Source of the DNA: the human T2T-CHM13v2.0 reference genome, Homo sapiens
Assembly: GCF_009914755.1 (NCBI RefSeq)
Contig: NC_060927.1
DNA length: 64,000 nucleotides
Direction: 5' to 3' (one strand)
Made by a program: the position numbers and the translations under genes. This document shows positions 61,887 through 64,000 of this stretch, piece by piece (the first letter of the stretch is position 1; each line of letters begins with the position of its first letter). The notes beneath the pieces are model-generated. The model was given only the letters and a program-made list of their open reading frames with translations, was not told the DNA's origin and made no database searches.

Positions 61887-62019
61887 ATGGAGATGTCGGG
61901 ACTCAGCTTTTCAGAGATGGAGGGCTGCCGTAACCTACTTGGCCTACTGGACAACGACGAGATCATGGCCCTATGCGACACCGTCACCAACCGCCTGGTG
62001 CAGCCTCAGGACCGCCAAG
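61887..62019 (+). CDS. C3orf38: C3orf38 first coding exon ([44 protein letters not shown])
   Basis: ATG in strong context (gggATGg) inside the CpG island, donor AAG|gtaagg at 62020, peptide recognised as the C3orf38 N-terminus. Confidence 0.9.
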
Positions 62020-63299
62020 GTAAGGGCGGACCCTTCACCTAGAAGGCTGCCGCCCCTTCCCCGGCCTCACGCCTACCCCGCTTAGGCAGAATCCTCGGGA
62101 ATGTTGGCCGCAGCCGCAGATCCACAGCTCTGGAACCACTACGCCGACTTGGGCTGCCGGGTCAAGGCGGGGAGGTGGTGGCGGTGATAATGGCACGGCT
62201 TCCAGGTTTTATCCATTGAATATTATGGGCAGCGCTTGTTGATTCAAGGATTCGGAATAAGTCATTTAAATTTTTAAAAATTTTAAAAAATTTTCTGGGG
62301 AGCCAGAATGTTTTGCATTTTCAGTTTCGATCAGCTGAAGAGTCAGCTGCTGCTCGGGCTTTTTTCTTCAAGTTTGAGTGGGAGGAGGATGGCAAACATT
62401 TTGTATGTCTCTGGTAAAAAGCAACTACTGTAATTAAATGGCAGGCACCTTGAATCCATGTCTCCTTTTGGAGGCAAAATTTTTCTGAGATGATTTTCGT
62501 ACTAGGAATACACACAAGCGAGCTAAATACATATACCGGTGGATTTTTAAGGGGTATTAGTGCTAAGTCTGATTGTGACTAGTCCATATAAAAATGTAAA
62601 GCGTTTGTTCATTTTGTGTGTCGGGTAGCTAGTTTTATTTTAAATTTGCTGAATTTTACTTCAAAACGTGAAAAATTCCAGATTCCCATATTAGTATATG
62701 ATTATCTTTAAAAGATTCTGCCCTTATAAAACTGGGTTTTTCTGCTTAAGTCGGATTTCATTTTTGGCATTGAAGAAAGTCATTTGTCACTCCGAACCAT
62801 GGACACTAAAAGAGGAAGTTCCAAAGAATTAAGACCGAAAATAGCTTTAGACTTATATGGTTCTTCAGCGTTTATTTTACATGGCTTTCACCTTCTTATA
62901 ATCATGGTGAGTGTGAATTTAAAATTATAATGGATAAAATGCTGCATTTAATTATAGGGTATCTAAAAGCAAATAAGAAAAAAATTCCCAGTTCAAAAAC
63001 GTTTAAATGACTTGAAGAAACATTCCTGGGGCAGGGGGTGGGGAATCACCCTTAAGCATATGAAAGTATACTCAGCATCTTTGGAAACTAATGAAATGAA
63101 AACCAGAAACAGAAGTTGTCTTTTCTGTGTACCAGATTGGAAAAAATATATATATATATATAAACTATAAACTTCAAGTGTTCATGATCAGGTGAAGCAA
63201 CTCGTTGACAACTAGTGAAGGAGTTTAAGTTAAAACTGCCACTTTGAAAAAACAAATTTGACATCTCCTAAAATGGCAGATTAGACACATACTCGAGAC

Positions 63300-63452
63300 C
63301 TAGTCTTCTCAAACTTGAATATGCTTTTGAATCTCTCAGGGATCTTGTTAAAATGCAGGTTCTGACTCATTAGTTTTAGGGGAGGCCCAGAAATTCTGCT
63401 TCTAACAAGCTCCAGGTTGATGCTCATACTGCTTGCCCCTTTTTGAGCACTG
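63300..63452. mobile_element. MER5A-like
   Basis: ggatcttgttaaaatgcaggttctgactca...ttctaacaagctccagg. Confidence 0.65.
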
Positions 63453-63967
63453 GGAGATGTGTATGAGAATGTTCAAAGTAACAGCGTTTGTAATTGGACG
63501 CAGAATAGAAGTCTGTAAACAGAAGAATAGTTGGATACCTTGTGTGCAGTCATATAACTAATTATGATATAGCAGTGAAAATGAGTTAGCTATGTATATC
63601 AAATTAATCCAGAAAATATTGAATGAAAAGCTGATTACAGAAAACTATATACTGTATATGGATGGATTGAATTTATAGCACAATTTAAAACATACCAAAC
63701 TAAATATAGTTCAGGGATACATACTTATGCTGTACAACTATAAAAGAAGGGAAATTTTAAAGCAACATTTAGGATAGTAGCTACTCTGAGGTGGATGCGA
63801 ATAAAGAGGAATAGCATTAGGGAAGAGACGAAATGGGGGCCTCAAAGATAGTAATTTCTTATGTCCTAAGCTAGGGGGTATGCATATGGGAGTTCGTTTT
63901 ATTGCCATTCTGTATGACTCACACATGTCAGAAATATTCTTTGGTCTTGTATTTTAAAATACAAGTG

Positions 63968-64000
63968 GGCCAGGTGTGGTGGCTCACACCTGTAATCCCA
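63968..64000 (+). mobile_element. Alu 5' end (cut by the window edge)
   Basis: ggccaggtgtggtggctcacacctgtaatccca. Confidence 0.9.

Larger units (their letters stand above)
61140..62200. promoter_or_regulatory. CpG island / bidirectional promoter (C3orf38 on +; probably the distal CGGBP1 start on -)
   Basis: Abrupt rise in GC and CpG content. ETS/GABP motifs ACTTCCG at 61742-61748 and ACTTCCGG at 61801-61808, ATTGG box near 61477, YY1-like AAATGGCGG at 61142-61150. Confidence 0.85.

Noticed and set aside
61412-62085. Overlapping 75-142 aa ORFs in the CpG island, including an N-terminal extension of C3orf38
   Set aside because: Stop-poor GC-rich DNA with mostly non-ATG starts. Only ATG 61887 fits a recognisable protein with a splice donor; the 61634 minus ATG is kept as a uORF candidate only.
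62265-62295. AT-only palindromic tract tttaaatttttaaaaattttaaaaaatttt
   Set aside because: Low complexity; self-complementarity is expected by chance in A/T runs.

Overview
AT-rich primate (human-like) genomic DNA, dense in Alu, L1, L2, MIR and DNA-transposon fossils. I recognise it as the ZNF654 / C3orf38 / CGGBP1 locus (human 3p11, from memory, not a search). The + strand carries seven coding exons of ZNF654. All junctions are GT-AG and phase-compatible, giving 3055 coding nt in the window: a helical N-terminal region of the RLF/ZNF292 type, seven zinc fingers and the C-terminus ...DSDDESA*. A ~3 kb 3'UTR follows, then a CpG-island promoter and the first coding exon of C3orf38. The ORF track misses a decayed, intronless CBX5 (HP1-alpha) processed pseudogene on the - strand (~7.0-7.9 kb). 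The most interesting structure is a strong minus-strand splice acceptor plus donor defining a ~110-nt antisense exon that lies directly across the last ZNF654 5' splice site. It is probably part of a long CGGBP1 5'UTR started from the C3orf38 bidirectional promoter. Retaining that ZNF654 intron would swap the protein's C-terminus without creating an EJC-type NMD substrate, which suggests a possible antisense-controlled splicing switch; this is a hypothesis only. Repeat subfamily names and old-repeat boundaries are by eye and approximate.
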